64,000 nt of DNA from assembly GCF_035594765.1 (NCBI RefSeq), contig NC_085846.1:43263190-43327189 (forward strand), in the 5' to 3' direction. This document shows, piece after piece, positions 50,533 to 63,079 of the stretch. The notes beneath the pieces were generated by a model. That model was not told the DNA's origin. It saw only the letters and a program-made list of their open reading frames with translations, and searched no databases. Position 1 is the stretch's first letter, and each line of letters starts with the position of its first letter. This stretch comes from Anolis carolinensis. Lineage: Eukaryota. A program made the position numbers and the translations under genes.

Positions 50533-51908
50533 GTGAGAATTGTTTTACAGCTTTAGAGTAAATTTTTATTTACTTCAATATTGACATGAATGAAGCTATA
50601 CTAATTTAAGACTATTTATTGCAGAAACAAGAGTTTGTTTCAGAGATTACTGATAGATATACACTAGTGTGAACCATCCTTTCAAATATTCATGACTAAC
50701 AATCATAGGATTTCTAATCCCATATTTACCTGTGATGTTTAAACTGGGATGGGACATTTTGCAGTGGAATTCTACAGTCAGTCATGTCGGTTTTTAGACT
50801 TGTTGTTGTTGACTGGGTCTGTCTTTGTACAGAAACAGTCTAGGGAAAATGTTGCCTAAGAAGAGCCACAAGGAGGGGGGGGGGGGGAGACATATTCTTC
50901 CTCTTCCTGCTCTTGTGAAAAACCTGGAGATCTATTTCTATACATTCATGATTTTCAAAAAGCTTATATAATATAAGAAAAATGATAAGTGAAGAACTGT
51001 GCAAAAGATGTAATGGTTATTTCCCTTATCACACAATTCATTTACGACACTTCTACCTCGCCTTTCTCAACCCAGAGAGGACTCAAGGCAGCATTACACA
51101 TAGACAACTATTCGATGCCTTTAAAACAATGTACATTTAAAATGAGCATTTAAAATAGAATTATAAAATACATTAAAACAATTAAAAACATTTACAACAA
51201 TACCGTACAATTAATCATGTGATCCACAAGTGTAATCCGGGCTGTTCCAATAGTCATTGCACATCGTTTCATATCTATCTATACAATTCCCCATTGGGTT
51301 TGCTGTTTTCCTCTCCCCCCTCATCACCTTTCATTTTTCAACTGTGTCTTTTAGATTTAGATGCTAGGCCTTATAAATGACCATAATACAAGCCAGTGTG
51401 GTATAGTTGTTATCAAGGCAGTAACATTCACTGAGTGACCCTGACCTAAATTATCTCTCAGCCTAACCAAAGGTACACCATTATCTTCTGGATAAAATGC
51501 AGGAGGAGTACCCTGAGCACCTTGGGAGAATGACAGGATATCAATAAAACAGCCTTTCATTTCCATCTAAATAGACAACCAAATTGGTATTTTGTTGTTC
51601 ATTTAGCTTTATTTAGATTAAACATAGTGTTAGATTAAAATTCTCCTATAGTACATTGTTCTGATATTATAAATTGACATTTATTCAGAAACTAAGCAGC
51701 AGAACTATGAGCCAAGTATTTGGGGTATATTGTGTCCTAAGAATGCATTGAAGGGAAAGCTTTATACTATAAACATGCTTGGGAGTCAGAAACTCTTGCT
51801 AATCTACTACAAATCAGCTGTCTTGTCTTAGATCAACTATAATCATACACAGGATAGTAGAAGCTATGAAATACAGTGGATTTTGATGCATAACACGATA
51901 CATTGCAG

Positions 51909-52011
51909 GAATTTGATTTCCAAGTTCGGTGGCCTGGAGTGAAACTTCTTACAGCATTGTTAAAGCAGCAGGGACCTCAAGTGCAGCAGATCATATTAGT
52001 CAGTCCTATGG
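51909..52011 (+). CDS. USO1: USO1 exon 6
   Basis: tgcag|GAATTT...ATGG|gtaagt; EFDFQVRWPGVKLLTALLKQQGPQVQQIILVSPM. Confidence 0.95.
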
Positions 52012-52166
52012 GTAAGTATTAATACCAGTTTTATTTTGAACATTTATAAACTGCATTTGAGTGCAACACCCTCTCAAAACAAAAAGGAAAAAAAGACAAC
52101 TGAAGTATATCTGAAGACATAGACTGAAATTCATTAAAGGTCATACTAAAATAAATCAGTCTTAAA

Positions 52167-52398
52167 TATTTATTTATTTATTTATTTACAGCATTTATAT
52201 TCCGCCCTTCTCACCCTGAAGGGGACTCAGGGCGAATCACATTGCACACATAAAGGCAAACATTCAATGCCATGACACAGAACAGAGACAGAGACAAGAC
52301 GCAGGCACCGGGCTGGCCTTGAACTCATGACCTCTTGGTCAGAGTGATTTGTTGATTTCTTGCAGCTGGCTTGCTTTCCAGCCTGCGCCACAGCCCGG
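52167..52398 (-). mobile_element. tRNA-derived SINE with L2-type tail
   Basis: Minus strand CCGGGCTGTGGCGCAGGCTGG (A box), GAGTTCAAGGC (B box), tail ...GGGCGGAATATAAATGCTG(TAAA)n. Confidence 0.8.
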
Positions 52399-52732
52399 TC
52401 CTATATGCTGCTAAACTCCTTCTGACACTGGATGGAGCAACAGAAATTGCTTCCACCTTTCCGCTCTCCTTTCTGTGATCACTCCTTTGCCCCAGCCAGT
52501 ATCAGTGCCTAGTGGTTGCCACTAAGCTGAGGACAAGAGGGGGAAGATAAGGGCTGCTCCCTGACTGTGGACCTCCCAAGCCCAGGGAAAGTGATATGGC
52601 CATGCAAACAGCCATGGGCACTTCTGAATAGGCAAGCATTCTGCATCTTTTTTTTAACATGGGACAGGGCTGCGTTAGCATGAATGGATTCTGTGGTGTT
52701 CCAGGTCATGTGGTTACCACAGAATCTATTCA

Positions 52733-53589
52733 CTGTATATACTCGAGTATAAGCCTAGTTTTTCAGCCCTTTTTTAGGACTGAAAAAACACCTCCTCAAC
52801 TTATACTCGGGTGCGGGTCCTGGTGGGCTTATATTCAGGTCGCTTATACTCAAGTATATATGGTATATTTATTATTTTTCTCTATTATTATTGGTATTGT
52901 TACATTTATTATTTTAACTCTATTGTTATTACATTTATTATTTTACTTTATTATTGTTGTTACTTTTACATTTATTTTACTCTATTTTTATTATTATTAA
53001 TACTTTTATTATTTTACTCTATTATTACGTTTATTATTTTACTGCATTTATCATTATTACATTTCAAATCCCGGGAGCAGAATGAGCGCCCGCTGTTAGC
53101 CCCACCTCCTGCCAACCTAGCAGTTCAAAAACATGCAAATGTGAGTAGATCAATAGGTACCGCTCTGGCGGGAAGGTAACGGTGCTCCATGCAGTCATGC
53201 CGGCCACATGACCTGGAGATGTCTATGGACAACGCCGGCTTTTCAGCTTAGAAATGGAGATGAGCACCAACCCCCAGAGTCAGTCACGACTGGACATAAA
53301 GTCAGGGGAAACCTTTACCTTATTATTTCACTCTATTATTATTAAAATGATACATAAGCACATTTACATTGAAGACGATGAAAATAATGATTTAATCAGA
53401 GATGAACAGCCATATCTTAAATTACAGTTTGATGTAAAGATTCAAAAACATATAAACTACTGATGCCTCAATTAATGTAATTTTATTGGTATCTTGGCTT
53501 ATACTAGAGTCAATGTTTTCCCAGTTTTTTGTGGTAAAATTAGGTGCCTCGGCTTATATTCGGGTCAGCTTATACTCAAGTATATACGG
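52733..53589. mobile_element. Mariner-type element, same family as 3502-5609
   Basis: CTGTATATACTCGAGTATAAG...CTTATACTCAAGTATATACGG|TA. Confidence 0.8.
53063..53321 (+). mobile_element. Sauria SINE (5'-truncated) nested in the mariner element
   Basis: B-box remnant TTCAAATCC; GCCAACCTAGCAGTTC...CAATAGGTACCGC core; ACCTTTACCTT tail. Confidence 0.8.
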
Positions 53590-53859
53590 TACTTTGATTT
53601 GTGGGCCCTTAGTCATTTTTGAAGCCATAAGAGAAGGTGGGATTACATCTCAGTGGTAGATTGCACACCTTTAATACAGAAATTCCTAAATTCAAACCTT
53701 GGTATTTCAGGTTACTAGCAGGGTGGGAAAAAATCTACTTGAGATGTTGAAATCTAATACCATTTAGAGCAGGATAGTATTATGATAGATGACCAAAATT
53801 CTGACGTAGCAATAAATCTGTGGGCATAACAAATCTTCTATCATGGTTTTCTTTTTCAG

Positions 53860-53915
53860 GGGTCTCCAGGCTGATGGACCTACTAGCAGATTCTAGAGAG
53901 GTTATACGGAATGAT
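53860..53915 (+). CDS. USO1: USO1 exon 7
   Basis: ttcag|GGGTC...AATGAT|gtaagt; VSRLMDLLADSREVIRND. Confidence 0.95.
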
Positions 53916-55383
53916 GTAAGTATATATAGGGAAACTTTTTAATTATGATCATTTGATTGAAAATTGAGTTGCTTTGTAGAGTGCAAACTTATACCATTTC
54001 ACTCCTCTGTAGAAAAATTATATGGCATTGCTTTGGATCTGTCTCATAAAGTACGTGGGTTAACGACTACCACTGCAGAACTTTATTAGATAGTGTGTTT
54101 GCAGAAGATACATTGTTGTAATCTACCCCCCAGAGTGATGCATTATGTAAGGTTTTTATTCCATTTTTCATTTAAACAGTTTCAAAATAGTTTACAGAAA
54201 GGAACAAGTTATAAATAGTCATCATCTAGAGCAGTGATTTGACATTAGAATCCACATTCGCTGGGGTTAAGATCACGGGATAAGAAATCCAGGACAAGAT
54301 ATGAGCCAATTATACTACCGCAAAACATTTGGGGCACTTTATAGCATCCTGTAGCCTATTTAATTCCAGAGAAATACTTCTACGCTCTTTCTACAGTTGC
54401 TGATTTGATAGAAATGGGGACAAAAGAGGATGACAAAGCATGGGGAGAATAGAATATGTAAAGTGGTTACATGGAGGGCATCCTATCTTAAAAATCTCTC
54501 TGTACCTTAATTTTCCTCTTTTTAAATCGAAGGTTCGTTTAGGTCCTAGGGTAAAATAAACCTTAAAAAAACATAAGCCCTTAAAATACACTATATGCAT
54601 GAAACATATTACTATATTTGATATAATAGGGCAGGATCGTGTGGCATTGATTTAGCCATTCAGTGTAGCATTAACAATTTGACATTTGCTGCTCATGCAC
54701 TTTAATATCTTCTTCATTTCACAAGCTGGGGAGTAGTGGTGAATGACAGTAGATGGTCCCAGCCAACCAAAACATATGTATATCCATGATGTCGCCAAAG
54801 AAGAATGCAGTCTCCCAGCTCCCAGCAGAGGCTATATTCAGCCTTCTCTGTTTTTATTACCTAGTATTGATATGTCCTCAAATTGAAGGCCTTGGAGCCC
54901 AGGTTTCTGCAGTGATCAAAAATGTTTTTATATTCCTGAAACTAGTACACCAACTCCTCTGCTTGATGATGTCTTATCTAACCATGGTGACATATGCCTT
55001 AGTAAAATCCCAAGTATAATGCACTCTACTTGAAGATTCCTTTGAAGGGCATTTGGAAACTTCAGTTGATACAAAGAGCTGCAGACATATTGTTAACTAG
55101 AACTGACCACAGGAGCCTTGCTACAATAGCTGCCCTGGTTGCTGATCTGTTTCTGGGCACAATTGGAAGTGCTCTTTATGACCAGTAAGGACGTATATGG
55201 CATGGATTCAGGCTATCTAACAGATGAATCATATGGTCCTGCTCCTGAGATCCTCAGGAGAAATCATTCTCTTAATTATTTCATTCTCTTAATGATTCAT
55301 ATTTTATCATTGCTTGTATTTTGATTTTGCTGTAAGCCGCCCCGAGTCCCCTTCGGGGAAGATGGAGGCGGGATATAAATAAA

Positions 55384-55384
<1 letters not shown>

Positions 55385-55433
<49 letters not shown>
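55385..55433. repeat. (TAT)n tail of an L2-type 3' end (about 55290-55433)
   Basis: TGTAAGCCGCCCCGAGTCCC...GGGATATAAATAAAC followed by (ATT)n. Confidence 0.85.
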
Positions 55434-55435
<2 letters not shown>

Positions 55436-56617
55436 CCCACTTCTTTCATAGATGGGTGTGTTGTGATTATGAGAGGGTCTTCTCAGTTATTGCCCCTAGA
55501 CTCTGAAGCTTCCTTCCTAGGGGCCCATTTCCTTGCTGTCCTGTTGGCAAGTAATTATTCTTTTAGTCTTGACAGGATTTTGATAATGGTACGTTACTAA
55601 AGAAAGTGATTTTAAGAGGTACTGTTTTAATGGTACATGATGTTTCAAAAAGGTGGACATGGTTTGAAATTGCTATGTCTCTGCGACTACAAACCACCCA
55701 TGAATGAAACTCTTACCACTTGAAAAGGTGGGGCATAGAAATTGAAATGATTACCGCTAGATGCCTTTCTCAGTGCACAAACTGTAGCCTCGGTCATTCA
55801 CAAAATGGCAACCCTACAACAGAAGGCTAATGAGATATTCTCCATTTACAGGGTTTTTTTAAAAGATTTGTTTCTGCTCAGAATTGTTAGTAAAACATGA
55901 GAACTTGATAACTTATTGAACTCTTTGTAACTTTTTAATATAATTGTAACATGTTTCCATTTTGAAATACATTGTTTTGAAATTGGATCCATCATTTTGA
56001 AATTCCCTGTCTTGTTATAAATAGCTTTTTATGGATTTAATTAAATGTTTTAATTTATTTTAAACTGTTATGAATAACTTGTGATCTGTTAAAAGTTTTA
56101 ATTATATTTTATTTTAGTTTGCAAACTGCCTTGAGTCTCTGTTTTGGAAAAAAGGAGTGGTATAAAGTTTAAAATAATAATGATAATGAGACGGTTTGGG
56201 AGGAGAGAAACAGAAGATTACATGTACCATCCCTTCCATTGTGCCTTGGCTTCTCAAAGCCATACAATGAAGAAAGAATTAGCTCAGTTTAAAGCTTGTC
56301 TATGGTGGGAAAGTACTGCATAACTATATTGATGGGACATTCTGCTTTGCCAGAGTTGAATGTGATCTTTGCCGTAATAGAAGCCATCTAGCAGAATATT
56401 AAATTTGCACAGATAGAATAGACACAACAGGAAATAATTCCATTTATGAAGACCTGAGATTCTCAGGAGGTGAGTCTCTGAAATAAAAGGATGAAAGAGG
56501 TGAGTCTCTGAAATAGAAGGATGCACATACCATATTATGCAGATAGATATGGACTAAGATCGTTTTTTTGTTGGGTGAAAGTTTGTTGGTCAGTTTTGTC
56601 TGCCTTTTCTCCCACAG

Positions 56618-56738
56618 GGTGTGTTGTTACTTCAACAGTTAACAAGAAGTAATGCAGCCATCCAGAAAATAGTTGCTTTTGAAAATGCCTTTGAGAGGTT
56701 GTTGGATATCATAACAGAGGAGGGAAACAGTGATGGAG
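56618..56738 (+). CDS. USO1: USO1 exon 8
   Basis: cacag|GGTGTG...GGAG|gtatgc; GVLLLQQLTRSNAAIQKIVAFENAFERLLDIITEEGNSDG. Confidence 0.96.
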
Positions 56739-57286
56739 GTATGCCCTTGCAAGCTTTATTTTCTTACAGTACTCATGAAATATTGTGCGGCAGACATAAC
56801 CCTTTCTAGTTTCAGATCTAAATTAAGTCAAAATCCCAACATAAGTTTATAGCAGTTTCAGAATGGGGGGGGGGGGGGGGGAATCTTGAGTGTAGTTTAA
56901 CCTCCAGAAGATGAAGGAAGAGATGCCAACACTGCTTTAATAAAGTGAGCAGTTTGCATCATTAGGTCTGTGCTGCAGTGTTTATGAAACCACTAGAATG
57001 CAAGAACATTTGAAATAAATAGGCTGCATCGGATCTGTGTATGTTAGTGTTTAGCTTGCATTATTTCTAAACAATAGCTTTCTGACCTTAGACAGTTATT
57101 TGTGTTATATCAGTTATTTTGTCATGGCAGAAACATCTTACTCTACATTACTCTCAGAGCTTTCTCATTCTTTAAAAAAACAACAACAATTACCTGTGTG
57201 TTATGTTATTAGGATACTCTGTCTTGGAGTGATTATATAATATTGACTGCTGAAACAAGTGTCCATCAACCTTTCTTTCTTTGCAG

Positions 57287-57465
57287 GCATAGTTGTGGAA
57301 GACTGTCTTCTTTTACTACAAAATTTGTTAAAGAACAACAATTCAAATCAGAATTTCTTTAAGGAAGGGTCTTATATTCAACGTATGAAGCCATGGTTTG
57401 AAGTTAGCGATGACAATGCCGGGTGGTCAGCACAGAAAGTAACCAATCTGCATCTCATGCTACAG
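57287..57465 (+). CDS. USO1: USO1 exon 9
   Basis: tgcag|GCATA...CTACAG|gtaact; IVVEDCLLLLQNLLKNNNSNQNFFKEGSYIQRMKPWF...HLMLQ. Confidence 0.96.
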
Positions 57466-57626
57466 GTAACTGCTTTTGTTAGAATGCAGACAGAGCTGGT
57501 TAGCACCAGTATATACACCTTTGAATTTAATTTGAATTCACTAGATTTTTATTTTAAGTCAGATATTAAAAAGTGTTTCCATTAGCATTTTGACACTCGT
57601 ATATGATGGTCTTTTCCCTGTTCCAG

Positions 57627-57767
57627 CTGGTTCGAGTGTTGGTGTCTCCCACAAATCCCCCTGGTGCTACCAGCAGTTGTCAGAAAGCCATGTTTCATTG
57701 TGGGTTGCTTCAACAGCTTTGTACAATCCTGATGGCCACTGGGGTTCCTGCTGACATTCTTACTGAG
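57627..57767 (+). CDS. USO1: USO1 exon 10
   Basis: tccag|CTGGTT...ACTGAG|gtaaca; LVRVLVSPTNPPGATSSCQKAMFHCGLLQQLCTILMATGVPADILTE. Confidence 0.96.
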
Positions 57768-58798
57768 GTAACAGAGCACAGAGAAAGATAAAGTTATATA
57801 TAGAGAGAGTGAGTGAGAGTGAGAGTGAGAGAGTAATGGGGCATAGGAAAGATTTCATTAAATTCCTGACTTGAAGATCAGTGTTTGAAGTGATGCCACT
57901 GAACAGCTTTGCTTTTGACTCCAGGTTCAGTAGTAGCATGCAGTAGTGAGTGTGAGTGCCATACATACAATGCATCAAAAATGGTGAATAGGTTTGATCG
58001 AACTCATATACATGTATCATCGGCAGATAAACAACCACGCGACTGGTACTGGAGAGTGTAACTTTGAATCAATATTTTTTTCTTATCTTGTGTATTGGCA
58101 AATAATTCTCTTTTTTAAAAAACATTTTGCATAGCTATTTGCTTTTGACTACTTTGGTATATTCTCTGAAAGAATATATAAACCTTAAATTTATTGTACT
58201 ACTAAGCTAAATCACATGCCAAAAGAACCCTATCAAAATTAATGTGGCCTGTTTTGTTGGAACTAAGTTAAATCCTTTACTTTAGGTAGGATTAGACTGT
58301 GTATAGCCTATTCATATTTCCTTAAAATATTTTATTATTGTTTCAAAAAGATACATTTAAAGCCCACTCCCCACAACTTCTCCCATCCCTGTAACCTCAC
58401 CTTCAAAAATACAACTAAAAAAATATATGAAAGACGTTAAAAACAGTTGACTTCTCTCCCCCTCCCCTAAGACATCAAAATGTTATATAATTATATTATA
58501 ATTGCTTTAACTTCTGTTAAATATAAATAAATATACTGTAGTTAAAATTAATGCCTTCCCACAAGTGATATTAATACAAACAATGTAAACATTTTTACTA
58601 AAATTCAATTCTTACAACATCACTTTTTATTTTCCATTTCAGTAACTCTTCATTTTTTTTCCTTACTGTGTTTTTTTACTGTATTTCAACAATTTTCCTC
58701 AATATAATATCTTTTTATTATATATTTAATGTTCCTATTTCTTTTATTGCATATAATAAAATCTGTAATTTATTTTAATTTCTTCCAGAGTTTCTATA

Positions 58799-59069
58799 CA
58801 CTATGTAACAACATTAGAAAAAAATTATGTTCCTGGTTTGAAAGTGTTATTTCTTGTTTAATTGTACAGTACTTACTTGGAAAGTACTTGTTGTTCTCCA
58901 GAAACTTCATTTTTGTGGCTGCCACAAACTATGTTGAATTGGTTAAGATTCTATGGAAAACTAGAGCAAAATGTGTTACAGGATGTCCCACAAAGACATT
59001 TTTTGCAGTTTAATACATTTTTCCATGTTTTCATGATAGAACAGGAACAAAAAATCATGTTACATAGTG
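58799..59069. mobile_element. Chapaev/CACTA-like MITE
   Basis: CACTATGTAACA...TGTTACATAGTG TIRs; inverted relative copy at about 61655-61967. Confidence 0.65.
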
Positions 59070-59173
59070 TTATTCATCCATATCTCTTCCAATATTTTCC
59101 ATATACAATTTCCAATATTTTTCATATTTCTGATGCTTCACCTTTTGTGTATCTGTGTGATTTTACCTTTTAG

Positions 59174-59262
59174 ACTATTAACACTGTGTCAGAGGTCATT
59201 CGAGGATGTCAGATAAACCAAGACTATTTTGCTTCAGTAAATGCACCTTCAAACCCACCAAG
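59174..59262 (+). CDS. USO1: USO1 exon 11
   Basis: tttag|ACTATT...CCAAG|gtacgg; TINTVSEVIRGCQINQDYFASVNAPSNPPR. Confidence 0.95.
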
Positions 59263-59752
59263 GTACGGTAAGGAAAAATCTTGATGTCTTTTACTGTAAA
59301 CATTAATAAGTGAAATAGCAAGATATTCACACGTGAAATTTCCCTGATAGAAACTTCAATGACCCCCTCAGAAATATTGTATGGCACTTTTCCAGAAGAA
59401 ATAAACTTTGTAGTTAAGAGTACGAGGATCTCAGATCAAATAGTCTATTGCCAACTAGCAACAGTTACTAGAAACAATTAACATTTTTTTCATTCACTAA
59501 TGGTGGTTCAACTTTTGATTATTACTAATATTTTTAGCTGTGCTCCTATAAAGAAATAATGATATCAGTTAATTTAATACAGTTCAGTGTAGGGAAGCAA
59601 TGGTTCATAGCGTTTCTAGAGGAACACAGGGTCGGGAATATATTTTATTTTCGGTATTAAACATTTCACTTCTTGGAACAAAATTAGTATACATGCATGC
59701 ATATATACCGCTTTGAAAAAAATAATAGATTGCCTTCTTTCCAACTTGACAG

Positions 59753-59907
59753 GCCTGCAATTGTGGTACTGCTTATGTCAATGGTAAATGAACGGCAACC
59801 GTTTGTGCTGCGTTGTGCCGTCCTTTACTGTTTTCAGTGTTTTTTGTATAAGAACCAAAAGGGACAAGGAGAAATCGTGTCAACACTTCTGCCTTCAACT
59901 ATTGACG
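59753..59907 (+). CDS. USO1: USO1 exon 12
   Basis: gacag|GCCTGCA...GACG|gtatag; PAIVVLLMSMVNERQPFVLRCAVLYCFQCFLYKNQKGQGEIVSTLLPSTID. Confidence 0.96.
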
Positions 59908-60595
59908 GTATAGAATTTTACGTAAACATTTAAATAAATGTTTAAATTTTAACGTAATTTTACATAAACATTTAAATTTAAATAAATACTTGACATTTTC
60001 CTGAAACTTTGTGATCTGTGGACACTAATATTATACCTCATTGGATTCATTTGGGTTTAAATAGGCATCTGTTTCTTGGAAGACTTTATTGATCTGTTTG
60101 AGTCAGTTATATAGAACAAATTGAAGCCTTTGATTTTCAAGACCATAAAAATTAGATGGAGTTGGGAAGGAGGGTTGAATCTCTGAGCAGTACAATTGCT
60201 GTGGGAGAAATCAACAGCTCAAGGCCATATCGGAATTTCTGGAAAGATGGTCTATTGTCTTTGTATTTAAACCAGTGGTGTCAAACTTGTGGTCCTCCAG
60301 GTGTATTGTAGTTTAGCTCCCAGAATTCCTGGCCATTGGACAAGCTGGCTAGGGCTTCTGGATGTTGGAGGCCCAAACATTTTGGACTTTAGCCCTGATT
60401 TAAATGGTCCAGATTTTAGGGTGCTCTTTAAAAATATCTTTCACCAGCATGCATAGTTTCAGAAAAACAGCATTTCCAAATGTGTGGCATGTCTGAAAGT
60501 AACAGATGGCATTTTTAGCACTATGTGTACATTTGTTTGAGGTAGGATTTTTGGTCACATTTTGATGTCATTAAATTGTGTGTCTGGTGTTATAG

Positions 60596-60807
60596 CAACA
60601 GGAAATTCCGTCTCAGCTGGCCAGTTACTGTGTGGAGGACTCTTTTCTACAGACTCTCTCTCAAATTGGTGTGCAGCTGTGGCATTGGCTCACGCTTTGC
60701 AAGAAAATGCCACTTTGAAAGAACAGCTGCTAAGAGTCCAGCTTGCAACAAGTATTGGTAACCCTCCAGTGTCCTTACTCCAGCAATGCACCAACATTCT
60801 TTCTCAG
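60596..60807 (+). CDS. USO1: USO1 exon 13
   Basis: tatag|CAACA...TCTCAG|gtatga; TGNSVSAGQLLCGGLFSTDSLSNWCAAVALAHALQENATLKEQLLRVQLATSIGNPPVSLLQQCTNILSQ. Confidence 0.96.
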
Positions 60808-60874
60808 GTATGACATTCACATCTTTCCGTTCTCGCATAAAAGGGTGTCTTGTTAAGCTAAAGAAATAATAGTA

Positions 60875-61197
60875 CAGTAGAGTCTCGCTTATCCAACATA
60901 AACAGGCCGGCAGAATGTTGGATAAGCGAATATGTTGGATAATAAGGAGGCATTAAGGAAAAGCCTATTCAACATCAAATTAGGTTATGATTTTACAAAT
61001 TAAGCACCAAAACATCATGTTATACAACAAATTTGACAGAAAAAGTAGTTCAATACACAGTAATGCTATGTAGTAATTACTGTATTTATGAATTTAGCAC
61101 CAAAATATCATGATGTATTGAAAACATTGACTACAAAAATGCGTTGGATAATCCAGAATGTTGGATAAGCGAGTGTTGGATAAGTGAGACTCTACTG
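60875..61197. mobile_element. Mariner/Tigger MITE copy 7
   Basis: Full TIRs, TA duplication. Confidence 0.9.
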
Positions 61198-61654
61198 TAC
61201 TTTTATATCAATGTATGTTTTTCTCATTAGTTGTTAGAAAGTTATTTCTAAGTGATGTAACATGTCATTTTTTGTAGAAATTGAAATAGAATTAAATGCT
61301 GTTTCTCTAGTGTATATTATCTCCTTTCCGACAAAATGAATTATGTTGAATTCCAACTAGTACATGTGGCATACCTCATATTTGGTTGTTGTGTGCCTTT
61401 GAGTAGTTTCTAACTTATGGCTACCCTAAGGCAAACCTCTCATAGGGTGTTTTTGGAAAATTTGTTCGGGGGGGAGGGAACCTTTGCCTTCCTTTGAGAC
61501 TGAGAGAGTGTGACTTGCCCAGGGTCACATCCAGGCTGAGCAGGGATTTGGTTACCCAATTTGTAATCCAGCATTCAAATGCTCAAACCAGTACACTACA
61601 CTGCCTCTTATAATTCAGGTTTAGGATGAGTAAAATCAGTATTTTATTGATTAC

Positions 61655-61967
61655 ACAATATAACACGATTTTTGTTCCTGACTATAAATGTCATTTCCTA
61701 ATTGGTTCTGTCATAAAAAACATGGAAAAAGATTATTAAACTGGAAAAAACTTTGTTTTTGTGGGACATCCTGCAACCCATTTTACTATAGTTTTTCAAT
61801 GAATATGTCATAGAGTCTCAACCTATTTAGCATAGCTTGTGGCAGCCATAAAAACAAAGTTTCTGGGGTATAGCAACTACTTTCAAAGTAAAAACCACAC
61901 AATTAAACAGGAAGTAACACTTTAAAACCAGGAACAATTTTTTTTCAAATGTTGTTGTTACATAGTA
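61655..61967. mobile_element. Chapaev/CACTA-like MITE, opposite orientation to 58799-59069
   Basis: Its reverse complement aligns along the 58799 copy (e.g. TGTTCCTGGTTT.AAAGTGTTA, TGGCTGCCACAA, CAGGATGTCCCACAAA). Confidence 0.65.
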
Positions 61968-63058
61968 TTATTGATGAATGGTACAAATGAAAACAATGTA
62001 TTAGAAGGTACTAAAATGCATAAGTAGTCAAGCTTATACGCACATCTAACAGAATTGGAAGTAGAAACCAGTATGAAACCATGAAGTAATATGCAGGAAA
62101 AACATTTGACTTGTTTGCCAGCAATCTGTCCTCTAGAAAGAGAGTGACAAATAGAAATCCTACATTAACTTGACTGTTATTAAGCAGATGAAGATCAATC
62201 ATGCTTGTCTTTTTTCTGTTGCCTTCGTGCAGCTTCTTACAGAAGATACCTGTGTTCCTTCGTGACCTTCAAATTGATTTTAAGTGTTCTGTCAGATTTC
62301 AGAGATGTACAAACTTTAGTGTAATTATTGTCATTGTATGAAGGGCAGTAAGCTTCAGTTGCATATGTCTTACATTCTGCATGTACTTGTGTATAAGACA
62401 ACCTCATATGTACGTCTAGGGCAGGTTTGGGAGCCAAAGTTGTGAATTGTAATGACTTGTGGATACGTTGAGTCATTCTGTTTTCAGATTTTAGATTTAG
62501 AAAAATTGTCATCTTTTACCTCTCTTTTAATAGAAAAGTTTGGATACTTTTTTGATAAGAGATAAGATACACTACACATATTGACCTGTGGATAAGGTGA
62601 CTGAAGGCTTTTGGCTGATTTTGTTTTAACTGAAATTTCTAGACTTATATCTTAATACATACAGTAATTGTCAAAATTCCACCTAGTTTCCTATGGGATT
62701 GTGTAGCCAGAGACTGTAAGCATACTGTTGTTTACAAGCCAGGTTTCTATTCGGGGAACAATTTAAAAGAGTAGGCATCTAGACACAATGTTGTGTATGC
62801 CTATGAACTAAAAAGTTTTGTAAAATAGATAAATTCTTTGATGCCACATGTTTTATATCTCATGCTACAGTTTGCTCTGCATAAAGATCATATTCCACAG
62901 AATAACCAGTACTTACATAACATTTCCACTCTTAAGTGTAAATATTCTCAAGGTGCCATTTCAACAGTTTTTTTATTTTAAAAAACTAAGCCCTTCATTG
63001 TACAATTATATAATAAACCTGCAATATTCCCTTATCATTTTTGGTGTATGATTTACAG

Positions 63059-63079
63059 GGTGATAAGATCGACAGACGG
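63059..63079 (+). CDS. USO1: USO1 21-nt alternative microexon (GDKIDRR)
   Basis: tttacag|GGTGATAAGATCGACAGACGG|gtatgt; phase 0/0; matches the GDKIDRR insert I recall from long vertebrate p115 isoforms. Confidence 0.85.

Noticed and set aside
52659-53179. Hydrophobic multi-pass-looking ORFs (also 138-591)
   Set aside because: Translations of TTA/TAT-rich low-complexity sequence inside DNA transposons.
51860-60600. Weak pyrimidine tracts before USO1 exons 6 and 13 as U12-type introns
   Set aside because: The corresponding donors are GTGAGA and GTATAG, not the U12 GTATCCT consensus.
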